From: Candidatus Aalborgicola defluviihabitans
GTDB taxonomy: Bacteria > Pseudomonadota > Gammaproteobacteria > Burkholderiales > Burkholderiaceae_C
Assembly: GCA_016705575.1 (NCBI GenBank)
Contig: JADIXX010000003.1
Span: 788,500-852,499 of the forward strand
Length of the DNA stretch: 64,000 nucleotides
Direction of reading: 5' to 3'
Position 1 is the first letter of the stretch. The number at the start of each line of letters is the position of its first letter. Positions 19,790 through 28,390 of the stretch are shown piece after piece. The translations under genes were made by a program, and so were the position numbers. The notes beneath the pieces are model-generated. The model had not been told where the DNA came from. It made no database searches and saw nothing but the letters and a program-made list of their open reading frames with translations.

Positions 19790-21471
19790 TGACCCACCCC
19801 ACACCATTCGAGCGCAGCAACCAAAACCAGACTACCGACTGGGCAAGTTGCATCGCTTTTTACGAGACTTTGGCGCGAACCTTTCCGCAAGTCTTGCGCT
19901 TCTTTCCAATAGGCACTAGCGACAACGGTCTGCCCCTGCATGCCGGTGTGGTCAGCGCTGATGGTGTGTTCGACCGTGAAGCCATCCACGCCGCCGGTCG
20001 GCCCGTGTTCTTCAACAACAACGGTATCCACCCCGGTGAGCCCGAAGGCATTGACGCCTGCATGGCCCTGGTGCGGGACTTTTGCACGCAGCCCCAGCGC
20101 CTGGCCGCTTTGGGGCAGACGGTGTTTCTGTTTATTCCGGTCTACAACGTCGATGGGTGTCTGAACCGCCAGGCCACATCCCGCGTCAACCAACTGGGGC
20201 CTGAGGAATTTGGCTTTAGGGCGAACGGCCGCAATCTGGACTTGAACCGCGACTTCATCAAGTGCGACAGTCTGGCCGCCCAGGCCTTCAACCGCTTCTT
20301 CACCGCGTGGGACCCGGACGTGATGGTGGACACCCACACCTCCAACGGTGCGGACTACCAATACACCATGACGCTGATCAACACCCAGACCGACAAACTC
20401 GGCGGTGGTTTGGGTGACTTTCTGCGTGACACCATGCTGCCAACCATCTATGCAGACATGACGCAACGCGGCTGGCCGACGTGCCCCTATGTGAACCCAG
20501 TCAAAACTACGCCCGACGACGGCATTGAAGATTTTTTAGAGGTGCCCCGATTTTCGACGGGCTACGCGGCGCTGCACCACACCATCGGTTTCATGCCCGA
20601 GACCCACATGCTCAAGCCCTTTGCCGACCGCTACGCCTCCATGCGTGCATTGGTGGAGTCGGTGCTGGCATTTACGGTGGAACATGGCTCCGCTATCCAA
20701 GCCTTGCGCCGCGCCGCGCGGGCACCGCTGGCAGTTTGCAGCCTCCGCCCCGTGCTGTGGCGGCCTGATTACAGCCGCCCCGCTAGCTTTCGATTCAAAG
20801 GCTTTGCGCCCATCTATGGCGAGAGCCAATTGGGCAACTACTACCGCCTGGCCTACGACCGCAACCAACCGTGGGAGCGCGACATTGCCTGGTTTAACCG
20901 CTGCGTGACCGATGTCGAGGTCGCAGCCCCACGCAGCTACTACATTCCCCAAGCCTGGCGTGAAGTGATTGAGCGCCTGCAGTGGAATGGCGTGGAACTG
21001 GAGCACCTGACCGTCGATCGGCTGCTACAGGGCGAGGCCTACACCATCGATCGGGTGGCCTCCCGCCCCGGCCCTTACGAAGGCCATCTGTTCCACGACG
21101 AAGTGCAGCTTGGTACCCATGCCACAACCGTGCAGGCCAGAGCCGGCGATGTGCTGGTGCACCTGGACCAGCCGCGTGCCCGCTATGCGGTGGAGACGTT
21201 GGAGCCACGAGCGCACGACAGCTTCTTCCGCTGGGGTTTCTTCAACGCCATTCTGGAGAAGAAAGAACACTTCTCGGACTACGTGTTCGAGGATACGGCA
21301 CTGGAGATGCTGCACGACGAGCCGGAACTGGCTGCAGCATTTTCCCGGTGGAAGACCGAGAACCCCGCACTACTGTCAGACCAGCAGGCGGTGCTGTCTT
21401 TTCTCTACGCCAATGGCCAACGCCACGCTGAGCCCGAGTGGCGGCGTTACCCGGTGGTGCGGGTGATGTGA
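19789..21471 (+). CDS. M14-family zinc carboxypeptidase
   Basis: HxxE zinc motif (NNNGIHPGEPEGIDA), NRDF substrate-binding motif (NLDLNRDFIKCD) and a downstream His (VDTHTSNG). The ATG overlaps the upstream stop (TGATG at 19787-19791). Confidence 0.85.
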   Translation: MTHPTPFERSNQNQTTDWASCIAFYETLARTFPQVLRFFPIGTSDNGLPLHAGVVSADGVFDREAIHAAGRPVFFNNNGIHPGEPEGIDACMALVRDFCTQPQRLAALGQTVFLFIPVYNVDGCLNRQATSRVNQLGPEEFGFRANGRNLDLNRDFIKCDSLAAQAFNRFFTAWDPDVMVDTHTSNGADYQYTMTLINTQTDKLGGGLGDFLRDTMLPTIYADMTQRGWPTCPYVNPVKTTPDDGIEDFLEVPRFSTGYAALHHTIGFMPETHMLKPFADRYASMRALVESVLAFTVEHGSAIQALRRAARAPLAVCSLRPVLWRPDYSRPASFRFKGFAPIYGESQLGNYYRLAYDRNQPWERDIAWFNRCVTDVEVAAPRSYYIPQAWREVIERLQWNGVELEHLTVDRLLQGEAYTIDRVASRPGPYEGHLFHDEVQLGTHATTVQARAGDVLVHLDQPRARYAVETLEPRAHDSFFRWGFFNAILEKKEHFSDYVFEDTALEMLHDEPELAAAFSRWKTENPALLSDQQAVLSFLYANGQRHAEPEWRRYPVVRVM

Positions 21472-21560
21472 CCGGCAACACGATACAGGTCCGTTGCTGC
21501 CCCGATTTATGGCAAACTGGACACGAAGAAATCACCGTCAAATTTTGAGGAAAACTTCAG

Positions 21561-22538
21561 ATGCCCGAATTGACAGTTGCCGACCGCGTGGAGGTCTTGG
21601 TGCTCGTCGATAACTCAACGGACAACCTTTCTTCTGTGCCGGGATACGTAGAGACCGAGTTCCCAAGTTTTTGGAGACGGGGCGCAAGACTCTTGGCGGG
21701 CGATTCACTATGCTGTGCGGCCCATGGTTTTTCTTGCGCAATCACGGTCTGGCGTGACGGTGTGTCGAAGACCCTTCTCTTTGACTCCGGACCAGACAGC
21801 GCGGTCTTTGAAAGAAATGTTGACCGACTAGGCTTCAAAATTGGCACCGTTGATGGGATGGTCCTATCCCACGGGCACTGGGACCATTCTGGTGCCATGC
21901 TCAAAGCATTGGACATGATTCAGATTCGAAACGGGGGGGAAGCAGTACCAACCTACATGCATCCGGGAATGTATGCGCCGCGCGCTATGCGGGGGCCTGA
22001 TGGAGCGATCAGGAGATTTGATGACGTACCAACTCAGGATGAACTCGAACGACATGGCGCAACGGTTATTCACTCGAAAAAGTCGCAAGTCGTCTTGGAT
22101 AACCTGTTTTTCATTAGTGGGGAGATACCGCGCGTCACTTCATTCGAGAAGGGACTGCCCGGTCAGGTTCGACGCAGCAAAGACGGAACGAACTGGGAAC
22201 CAGACCCTCTCCTTCTCGATGAACGATTTATCGCCGTCAATATCAAGAATAAAGGCCTGTTAGTGTTTACCGCGTGCTCTCACGCAGGCGTTGTCAACGT
22301 TTTGAAACATGCACACCATAGTTTTTCAGCACACCCGATCCACGGAGTCGTTGGTGGTTTCCATCTTGCGGGGCCTACGGAGGCCAACATCCCGGACACG
22401 GTCCGTGAGCTTGGAAAATTCAATCTAACGACTATTGCAGCCGGACACTGCACTGGGTGGCGAGCAATTGGCGCACTTGCAACAGCATTTGGTGATGCGG
22501 TAGTACCCTCATCGGTCGGGAAAATATACAAGTTTTAA
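21561..22538 (+). CDS. MBL-fold metallo-hydrolase
   Basis: HxHxDH motif (VLSHGHWDHSG), later His/Cys ligands (TACSHAG, AAGHCTG), 325 aa. Confidence 0.8.
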   Translation: MPELTVADRVEVLVLVDNSTDNLSSVPGYVETEFPSFWRRGARLLAGDSLCCAAHGFSCAITVWRDGVSKTLLFDSGPDSAVFERNVDRLGFKIGTVDGMVLSHGHWDHSGAMLKALDMIQIRNGGEAVPTYMHPGMYAPRAMRGPDGAIRRFDDVPTQDELERHGATVIHSKKSQVVLDNLFFISGEIPRVTSFEKGLPGQVRRSKDGTNWEPDPLLLDERFIAVNIKNKGLLVFTACSHAGVVNVLKHAHHSFSAHPIHGVVGGFHLAGPTEANIPDTVRELGKFNLTTIAAGHCTGWRAIGALATAFGDAVVPSSVGKIYKF

Positions 22539-22671
22539 ATGCCAGTTGGCTCCACATGACCGATTGAGTGTCGGGTTGGCTCTCAACGCATTGGCTGTTT
22601 GGCCCATGTTCGCTTGACACCTGACGGGACTCGACCACAAACTGCCGTTCGGAAAACCTCTTGAGTAGACG

Positions 22672-22896
22672 ATGTTTGCAATCATCTTTTTGGCGTTTGG
22701 CGTATGGTTTTCTTGGCTTGTCTATCAAGCAATTTCTACGCGAGAAATCGTTGCTCGCGGGTGGGGCTTCAACACGCGCATCTACAGTCGTGACAATGAA
22801 CCCGTTTGGTATTGGGTGACCTTCACGAGCTACTCAATCTGCGCTGTTTGGGCTACAACATTTGCCATTCTATTGGTGCAAAAATCTCTATTTTGA
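22672..22896 (+). CDS. Hypothetical small membrane protein
   Basis: 74-aa ORF with two clear TM helices (FAIIFLAFGVWFSWLVY; SICAVWATTFAILLV). Low-GC region, no family recognised. Confidence 0.45.
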   Translation: MFAIIFLAFGVWFSWLVYQAISTREIVARGWGFNTRIYSRDNEPVWYWVTFTSYSICAVWATTFAILLVQKSLF

Positions 22897-23304
22897 TTGA
22901 CCGCTTTGCCCTCGACGCTACTCATGGTATGGGCTCGTTGCTGACTTCCATGATCAAATTCTGAGCATTTGCAATCTGCCAATTCATGATCCACAATTTT
23001 TCACAGGACCTGTTTACGCGGCACCCACCAGCGACCGCTATCCAGCAGGCACTTTTACTTGTATTCCCGTTGCGTGACTCCAACTGGCAGCTTTGATCGT
23101 CCACAAGTGCTTCTTGACAGTGGTCCGCACCGCTGAAGACTCAATATGACTGTAAAGGGTTGGATGAATATTTAGTGCCGATTTGGATCGTCGTCGCAGT
23201 TTCTAGCTGCGAAATAGTAGCCTCGGCTACCGTCCACACTTCAAGAAGCGCATTTCCGATCGTATTACTCAAGCAGCAGAATCACACAAAACGAGCTTAC
23301 AACC

Positions 23305-23787
23305 ATGAAGCACTCTCCAGATTCGGGCCAGCAACTGTCTTTCCAAGCAATCTTGGAAAACTGGGCAGAAGGAATGGACTATTGCGCCGTTCCCGTGCCT
23401 GCGGAGATCACCCACGCTTTGGGATCGAAAGGCCCCGTGTTGGTCATGGCGCGTGTGAATGACTCCGCGCCGTTTCAGGTCAGTCTCTTTCCGGTCGGGG
23501 GTGGGCAGCATTACATTCGCATCAAGGCCAAAGTTCGCCAAGCGACGAAGACCAAGACCGGTGATCGCGTCCAAATGCGAGTCACCGTCCTTGATCGCGC
23601 AGACATCTCGATCCCCGAAGACTTGGCCCTTGCGCTCCGCGCCGAGGGCGCAACGCAAGCGTTTACGTTGTTGCCGCCCGGCAAACAGAATTTTATGATC
23701 CGGCGAATCGCCGAGGCGGCCAAACCAGAGACACGCACCAAGCGGATCCAGGAGGTCGTGGACGCCGCACTCCAACGAAAACCGTGA
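23305..23787 (+). CDS. DUF1905 / YdeI-OmpD-associated family protein
   Basis: N-terminal DUF1905-like segment (GPVLVMARVNDSAPFQVSLFPVGGGQHYIRIKA) and a YdeI-like C-terminus (NFMIRRIAEAAKPETRTKRIQEVV). Confidence 0.6.
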   Translation: MKHSPDSGQQLSFQAILENWAEGMDYCAVPVPAEITHALGSKGPVLVMARVNDSAPFQVSLFPVGGGQHYIRIKAKVRQATKTKTGDRVQMRVTVLDRADISIPEDLALALRAEGATQAFTLLPPGKQNFMIRRIAEAAKPETRTKRIQEVVDAALQRKP

Positions 23788-23812
23788 GCGGGCTGCGAAG
23801 GTAACTGTAAGA

Positions 23813-24583
23813 TTAACGCTTGGGCGCCACCATCGAAAACCAAGCGCCCTGTGGATCCTGACAGTTGACCGTAAACATGGGACCCGGCACCTCATGCGGT
23901 CCATTGACTACCTTGCCGCCCGCCTTGTTCGTGCGTTCAATGGCGTCATCGATGGATTCCACATTGAAGTAATACGCCCAGAACGGTTTTGGCATTTCGG
24001 GCATCTTGGTCATCATGCCGCCTACCGGTTCGCCGCCTGTGGCAAAGAGGCGATAGATACCCATTGGGCCCATGTCCATGTCTCGACTTTGGGTCCAGCC
24101 AAATATTTCAAAATACCAATCAAACGCCTTCAGGCCGTCCACCGCATGTAGTTCATTCCAGCCTACCAAGCCGGGTGTCATGGGTGCGGCGCTGGGCATG
24201 GGCTCGCTGGGGTGGGGTTTGAAAATAATGAAAACCGCGCCCTGTGGATCGGCAGCGAGGGCGAATCTTCCTACGTTGGGGATGTCGGCGGCAGGGTGAA
24301 TGATGGCGCCACCGTGCGACAGGATGCGGTCTGCGCAACCGTCAACATCGTCGACCGCAATATGGCCCTGCCAGCAAGCTGGCGCGCCGCGATCACAGGC
24401 GTCCGGTGGAATAGCCATGATGCCGCCGACGCCAACGGTGCCAGCCGACACGACGGTGTAGTCCTCGTTGCCAGGGAAGGATTGCATGTTCCATCCGATC
24501 ACCTGTGCGTAGAAGGTTTTGGCTGCCTCCACGTCCGTGGTGATCAAGTCGTGCCAAATAAAGGGGGAGGATTTCGTTGTCAT
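23813..24583 (-). CDS. VOC-family (glyoxalase/bleomycin-resistance fold) protein, two repeats
   Basis: Two VOC modules starting FIWHDLITTDVEAAKTFYAQVIGW and VGWNELHAVDGLKAFDWYFEIFGW. Confidence 0.8.
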   Translation of the reverse strand: MTTKSSPFIWHDLITTDVEAAKTFYAQVIGWNMQSFPGNEDYTVVSAGTVGVGGIMAIPPDACDRGAPACWQGHIAVDDVDGCADRILSHGGAIIHPAADIPNVGRFALAADPQGAVFIIFKPHPSEPMPSAAPMTPGLVGWNELHAVDGLKAFDWYFEIFGWTQSRDMDMGPMGIYRLFATGGEPVGGMMTKMPEMPKPFWAYYFNVESIDDAIERTNKAGGKVVNGPHEVPGPMFTVNCQDPQGAWFSMVAPKR

Positions 24584-24607
24584 GGTTTAGCTTCCTTTAG
24601 GTTGTTG

Positions 24608-25492
24608 TCAGTTCGACGGGCCACGCACCGCTGCCTCAATCTTGGCGACGTCGATCTTGCGCATCTCCATCATCGCCGTGAACGCGCGTTTTGCGATTTC
24701 ACCGCCCTTGGTCATTGCATCCGTCAGTGCGCGCGGTGTGATTTGCCACGAAAGCCCCCATTTGTCTTTGCACCAGCCGCACGCGCTCTCAGTGCCGCCA
24801 TTGCCCACGATCGCGTCCCAATACTTGTCTGTCTCCGCTTGGTCATCGGTGGCAATCTGAAACGAGAATGCCTCGTTCTGTTTGAACATACTCCCGCCGT
24901 TAAGTCCCATACACGGTATGCCACACACCGTGAATTGAACGGTCAAGACCTGGCCCGCCTTGCCGCCCGGAAAGTCAGCGGGCGCGCGGTGCACCGCGCC
25001 GACGCTGCTGTCAGGAAATGTGCGAGCGTAAAAGTGTGCTGCTTCTTCTGCATCACATTCGTACCAAAGGCAAATGGTGTTCTTCTTTATGGTGTTGATA
25101 GCAGACTCATCCATCCACATGGCTCCCCAAACGTGCCCGTCGGGATCAGTGAAATCGCGACCGTACATAAAGCCATGATCTTGGACTGGATTTATATCGG
25201 AGGTTCCACCGTTTTCCGAGGCCGCAACGTTCATCGCATCTACACTTTCGCGTGAATCACAAGACACATTCAGCGCCACCTCGCTAGATGTATGCGGCGG
25301 AATGGGGCGCGTCGTAAACGTACGCCACTTAGCGTGGGTCAAAAGCATTACATTGATGGACTCGCTTAACACCATGAGTGCTGCTGTGTCGTCCGTGAAC
25401 TGCGCGTTGTTGATAAATCCGAGGGCGGAGTAAAAGGCTTTTGACCGTTGAATATCGGCAACAGGCAAGCTAATGGTGATTGTTCGGGACAT
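24608..25492 (-). CDS. VOC-fold protein fused to a PhnB/3-demethylubiquinone-methyltransferase-like domain
   Basis: N-terminal glyoxalase-like module (ISLPVADIQRSKAFYSALGF). The C-terminal module has ICLWYECDAEEAAHFY...FTVCGIPCMGLNGG...DKYWDAIVGNGGTESACGWCKDKWGLSWQI. Confidence 0.7.
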   Translation of the reverse strand: MSRTITISLPVADIQRSKAFYSALGFINNAQFTDDTAALMVLSESINVMLLTHAKWRTFTTRPIPPHTSSEVALNVSCDSRESVDAMNVAASENGGTSDINPVQDHGFMYGRDFTDPDGHVWGAMWMDESAINTIKKNTICLWYECDAEEAAHFYARTFPDSSVGAVHRAPADFPGGKAGQVLTVQFTVCGIPCMGLNGGSMFKQNEAFSFQIATDDQAETDKYWDAIVGNGGTESACGWCKDKWGLSWQITPRALTDAMTKGGEIAKRAFTAMMEMRKIDVAKIEAAVRGPSN

Positions 25493-25527
25493 GTATATCT
25501 CCTTTTGAATGTGAAGCTGTCGAGTTG

Positions 25528-25872
25528 TTACACCAAAGCAAGTTCACGCACGGGTCTGACTTCAATGCTGCCGTACTGGGCAGGCGGAATCTTGGACGCC
25601 ACGGCCACCGCCTCGTTGAGGTCTTTGGCGTCAATTAAGTAGAAACCCGCGAGCTGTTCCTTGGTCTCGGCAAAGGGGCCATCTGTCAGAGACATTTGGC
25701 CGTTACGCACGCGAACTGTGGTGGCTGTTCCTACAGGATGCAGTGGCTCGGCCGCAAGCATTCGGCCACTGGCTGCTAACTGTTCGGCAAATGCAAAACA
25801 CGTTGCGTCCGGGCAGGCACTCCAGTTTTCTTGTGAGAGATAAACGAGACACAAATATTTCATGGCGTGCAC
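25528..25872 (-). CDS. YciI-family (DGPF) protein
   Basis: DGPFAETKEQLAGFYLID motif, 114 aa. Confidence 0.8.
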   Translation of the reverse strand: MHAMKYLCLVYLSQENWSACPDATCFAFAEQLAASGRMLAAEPLHPVGTATTVRVRNGQMSLTDGPFAETKEQLAGFYLIDAKDLNEAVAVASKIPPAQYGSIEVRPVRELALV

Positions 25873-25896
25873 CTTAAGTTGTTTGAGCGCGGGTCT

Positions 25897-26250
25897 TCAA
25901 GCTTCGACAGTCATGTCAAAACCACCGTAAATCAGTCGCTTACCGTCAAAGGGCATGGGGTTGGTTTCTGGTGACAGGCGTGGGTCCTGCATGACCTTTT
26001 CCCAAGCCAGATCGCGCACGGCTTTTGACGGCCAGGTGATCCACGAGAAAACGACGGTTTCGTCATCTTTGCGTTGCACGGCCATAGGGAAGGAAGTCAC
26101 TTTGCCTTCAGGCACATCGCTCCCCCAGCATTCAACCACTTGCAATGCACCGTGGTCCTTAAATACAACCGCTCCCAGCTTGGCGTGGGCAATGTATTTT
26201 TCTTTATTGGCCGAGGGTACGGCGCAAACAAATCCGTCTATGTAGAGCAT
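25897..26250 (-). CDS. DUF1428-family protein
   Basis: MLYIDGFVCAVP start, KDHGALQVVECWGSDVPEGKVTSF, ~117 aa. ATG confirmed at 26248-26250. Confidence 0.7.
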   Translation of the reverse strand: MLYIDGFVCAVPSANKEKYIAHAKLGAVVFKDHGALQVVECWGSDVPEGKVTSFPMAVQRKDDETVVFSWITWPSKAVRDLAWEKVMQDPRLSPETNPMPFDGKRLIYGGFDMTVEA

Positions 26251-26321
26251 GTCTATATTCCTCAAGTAATGCAGTCAGTTTAAAAGCACGGCTTCCCATG
26301 CTTAGGCCTCGTCCCCTATTA

Positions 26322-26348
26322 GTCGAATGGGAAACGAGCAATTCGACA
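26322..26348 (-). promoter_or_regulatory. Candidate ECF-type promoter (TGTCGA-N16-TCGAC) upstream of the DUF1428/YciI/VOC genes
   Basis: The minus strand reads GGGTGTCGAATTGCTCGTTTCCCATTCGACTAAT, about 70 nt upstream of the DUF1428 ATG. It resembles the TGTCGA(-35)/CGAC(-10) motif I recall being proposed for ECF42-group sigma factors. The two boxes also form a 7-bp inverted repeat. Confidence 0.4.
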
Positions 26349-26380
26349 CCCGTTCAAAAAAAATTTCAAGCTATCTTTTT

Positions 26381-27676
26381 TTACTGTGCAGGCGTTGACA
26401 AAAGGGCTTCGATGGCATCGATTCTCAGCTGTAAAAACCGCTGCTCAGAACCCTGCTGCGTCAATGAAAATGCTCGCCGGTAGGCAGGTAGCGCTTCAGG
26501 GTAGCGGGCTAGTCGGCGGTAGAGGTCGGCCTGTGCAGCATGCGCCAAGTGGTAGTTGCGCAGGGTCTCGTCTTGCAAAAGCGCATTCACCAGGGGCAAG
26601 GCTGCTGCGGGTCCGTCACGCATGGCGATGGCCACTGCCCTGTTAAGCGCCACGACGGGGTTGGGGTCTAGTTGCAGCAGAGCGTCATACAAGCCGACAA
26701 TTTGGGGCCAGTCGGTGGACACAGACGTGGGCGCTTCTGCATGTACCGCAGAAATGGCGGCCTGTAGGCTGTAGGCACCAAAGCGCTGCGTGCGCAACGC
26801 CTGCTCTGCCAACACGCAGCCTTCGGCAATCTGCTCGGCATTCCACAGTGCACGGTCTTGCTCGTTCAGTGGAATCAAGTCGTATGTAGCGTTCATGCGC
26901 GCCGCGCGGCGGGATTCGTGCAGCAGCATCAGCGCCAGCAAGCCCATAATTTCGGCTTGGTCTGGTAGCAGGTCGCGTAACAAGCGGGCCAGTCGAATTG
27001 CCTCCTGGGACAGCTCGCTGCGCATGAGCATTGGTCCGCTGGATGCGGAATATCCTTCGTTAAAGACCAAATAAATAACCCGTAATACGCTGGCCAATCG
27101 TTCAGGAAGCTCTGACACCTCGGGCACATGGTAAGGAATGCGCGCGTCGCGAATTTTGGCTTTGGCGCGCACGATGCGCTGAGCCAGCGTGGGTGCAGGC
27201 AGCAAGAAAGCGCGGGCAATTTCCTCGGTGGTTAGCCCGCACACTTCGCGCAGGGTCAGGGCCACTTGCGCATCAATGGCCAGACTGGGGTGGCAGCAGG
27301 TAAAAACCAAGCGCAGGCGGTCGTCTTCCAGTGGTTCATGTTCATCCCAGGCGGGCGCTTCGTCGGGTATGGCTTCGGCTTGCTCGCTTGATTCGTCCCA
27401 CGCCGTAAAGCGCCGGTTGCGCCGAATGCTGTCTATCGCCTTAAAGCGCCCCGCTGATACGAGCCAGGCTAGCGGATTTGCTGGCATGCCTTGCGAAGGC
27501 CATTGCTCAATAGCCGATTTGAAGGCGTCGTGCAGGGCCTCTTCAGCCAGATCCAAGTCGCCCAATAGACGTGCCAAAGCGGCAAAAACCTGCCGTGATG
27601 ACTGGCGGTAGAGCTGGTCTATGGCGGTGTTTTGGTGAGTAGAACGCATGCTCAGTTGCATCATTTCGCGGCGCAA
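26381..27676 (-). CDS. ECF sigma factor with a long TPR-like C-terminal extension (ECF42-type)
   Basis: Sigma region 2 (LAEEALHDAFKSAIEQWP...NPLAWLVSAGRFKAIDSIRR) and region 4 (LREVCGLTTEEIARAFLLPAPTLAQRIVRAKAKI), followed by ~200 aa of helical repeats. It is adjacent to YciI/DGPF genes. Several in-frame Met starts lie within the first 10 codons. Confidence 0.85.
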   Translation of the reverse strand: MRREMMQLSMRSTHQNTAIDQLYRQSSRQVFAALARLLGDLDLAEEALHDAFKSAIEQWPSQGMPANPLAWLVSAGRFKAIDSIRRNRRFTAWDESSEQAEAIPDEAPAWDEHEPLEDDRLRLVFTCCHPSLAIDAQVALTLREVCGLTTEEIARAFLLPAPTLAQRIVRAKAKIRDARIPYHVPEVSELPERLASVLRVIYLVFNEGYSASSGPMLMRSELSQEAIRLARLLRDLLPDQAEIMGLLALMLLHESRRAARMNATYDLIPLNEQDRALWNAEQIAEGCVLAEQALRTQRFGAYSLQAAISAVHAEAPTSVSTDWPQIVGLYDALLQLDPNPVVALNRAVAIAMRDGPAAALPLVNALLQDETLRNYHLAHAAQADLYRRLARYPEALPAYRRAFSLTQQGSEQRFLQLRIDAIEALLSTPAQ

Positions 27677-28051
27677 TCATGAAATTCTGCCGCTTGCAAG
27701 TTAGTATCCCATTAAATATCAGCGTGAGAAAAGCCCACGCCCCATCGAATGGATGGACTGCGTTATCCGTCTGACTAAGACCGCGGCATACCCACCCCAT
27801 AAATGTGTGGAACCAATGACTGCTTGCTGGGTGTGAGAATCGACAGGCTCAAGTCGACCTTGGGTCGGATGCTGGTGTACGTGACACCGATCTGTAGGTC
27901 AGCTCCTTGCCAGGCACTGGCGATTGATGCCGCCGAAATCCGAACAATTCCCATGTCCCGCCGCTGTCGGTCACCAATGCTGCGTTTGCAATGGTTCGAC
28001 GTGGCAGCGAATTGAGTCGGTTGAAGGCATTGCTGAAAGAAGTGCCCATTG

Positions 28052-28390
28052 TCATTCGCCAGTTGTCTTGTATGCCGGGCGCAGTCTGGTTTTTTTAACG
28101 ATGCCTGACGGTGCAAACAGAACGACAAATTCAGCGCGATCGGCCCCCGGTTCAGCCGCTCTGTCCCTGTAAACCCAGACGGCATAGCCACTGTCAAAAC
28201 GGATCTCGGTTGCGGGGCCCAGTGTAGCCATCGTTTCGGCTTGTGTGGTCTGCCCCACCACGATTGCGTCTCGCGCATCTTGCATCGATATACCAGTGTT
28301 ACGGAACGTGGGCACTGTGTCGCTCGCGCGCAGACTGCCACAGGCGACGAGCAGGCGACGCAGTGTCAGATAGGTTTGCATTGTGCTCAT
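28052..28390 (-). CDS. Small outer-membrane lipoprotein (SmpA/OmlA/BamE-like)
   Basis: Lipobox LLVACGS, then ~90 aa (MATLGPATEIRFDSGYAVWVYRD). Its start overlaps the upstream gene's stop by 4 nt. Confidence 0.5.
   Translation of the reverse strand: MSTMQTYLTLRRLLVACGSLRASDTVPTFRNTGISMQDARDAIVVGQTTQAETMATLGPATEIRFDSGYAVWVYRDRAAEPGADRAEFVVLFAPSGIVKKTRLRPAYKTTGE

Noticed and set aside
22922-23104. 60-aa ORF in the 410-bp AT-richer gap between 22896 and 23305
   Set aside because: It has no signal peptide, no motif and no convincing ribosome-binding site. The gap may instead hold regulatory or degraded sequence.
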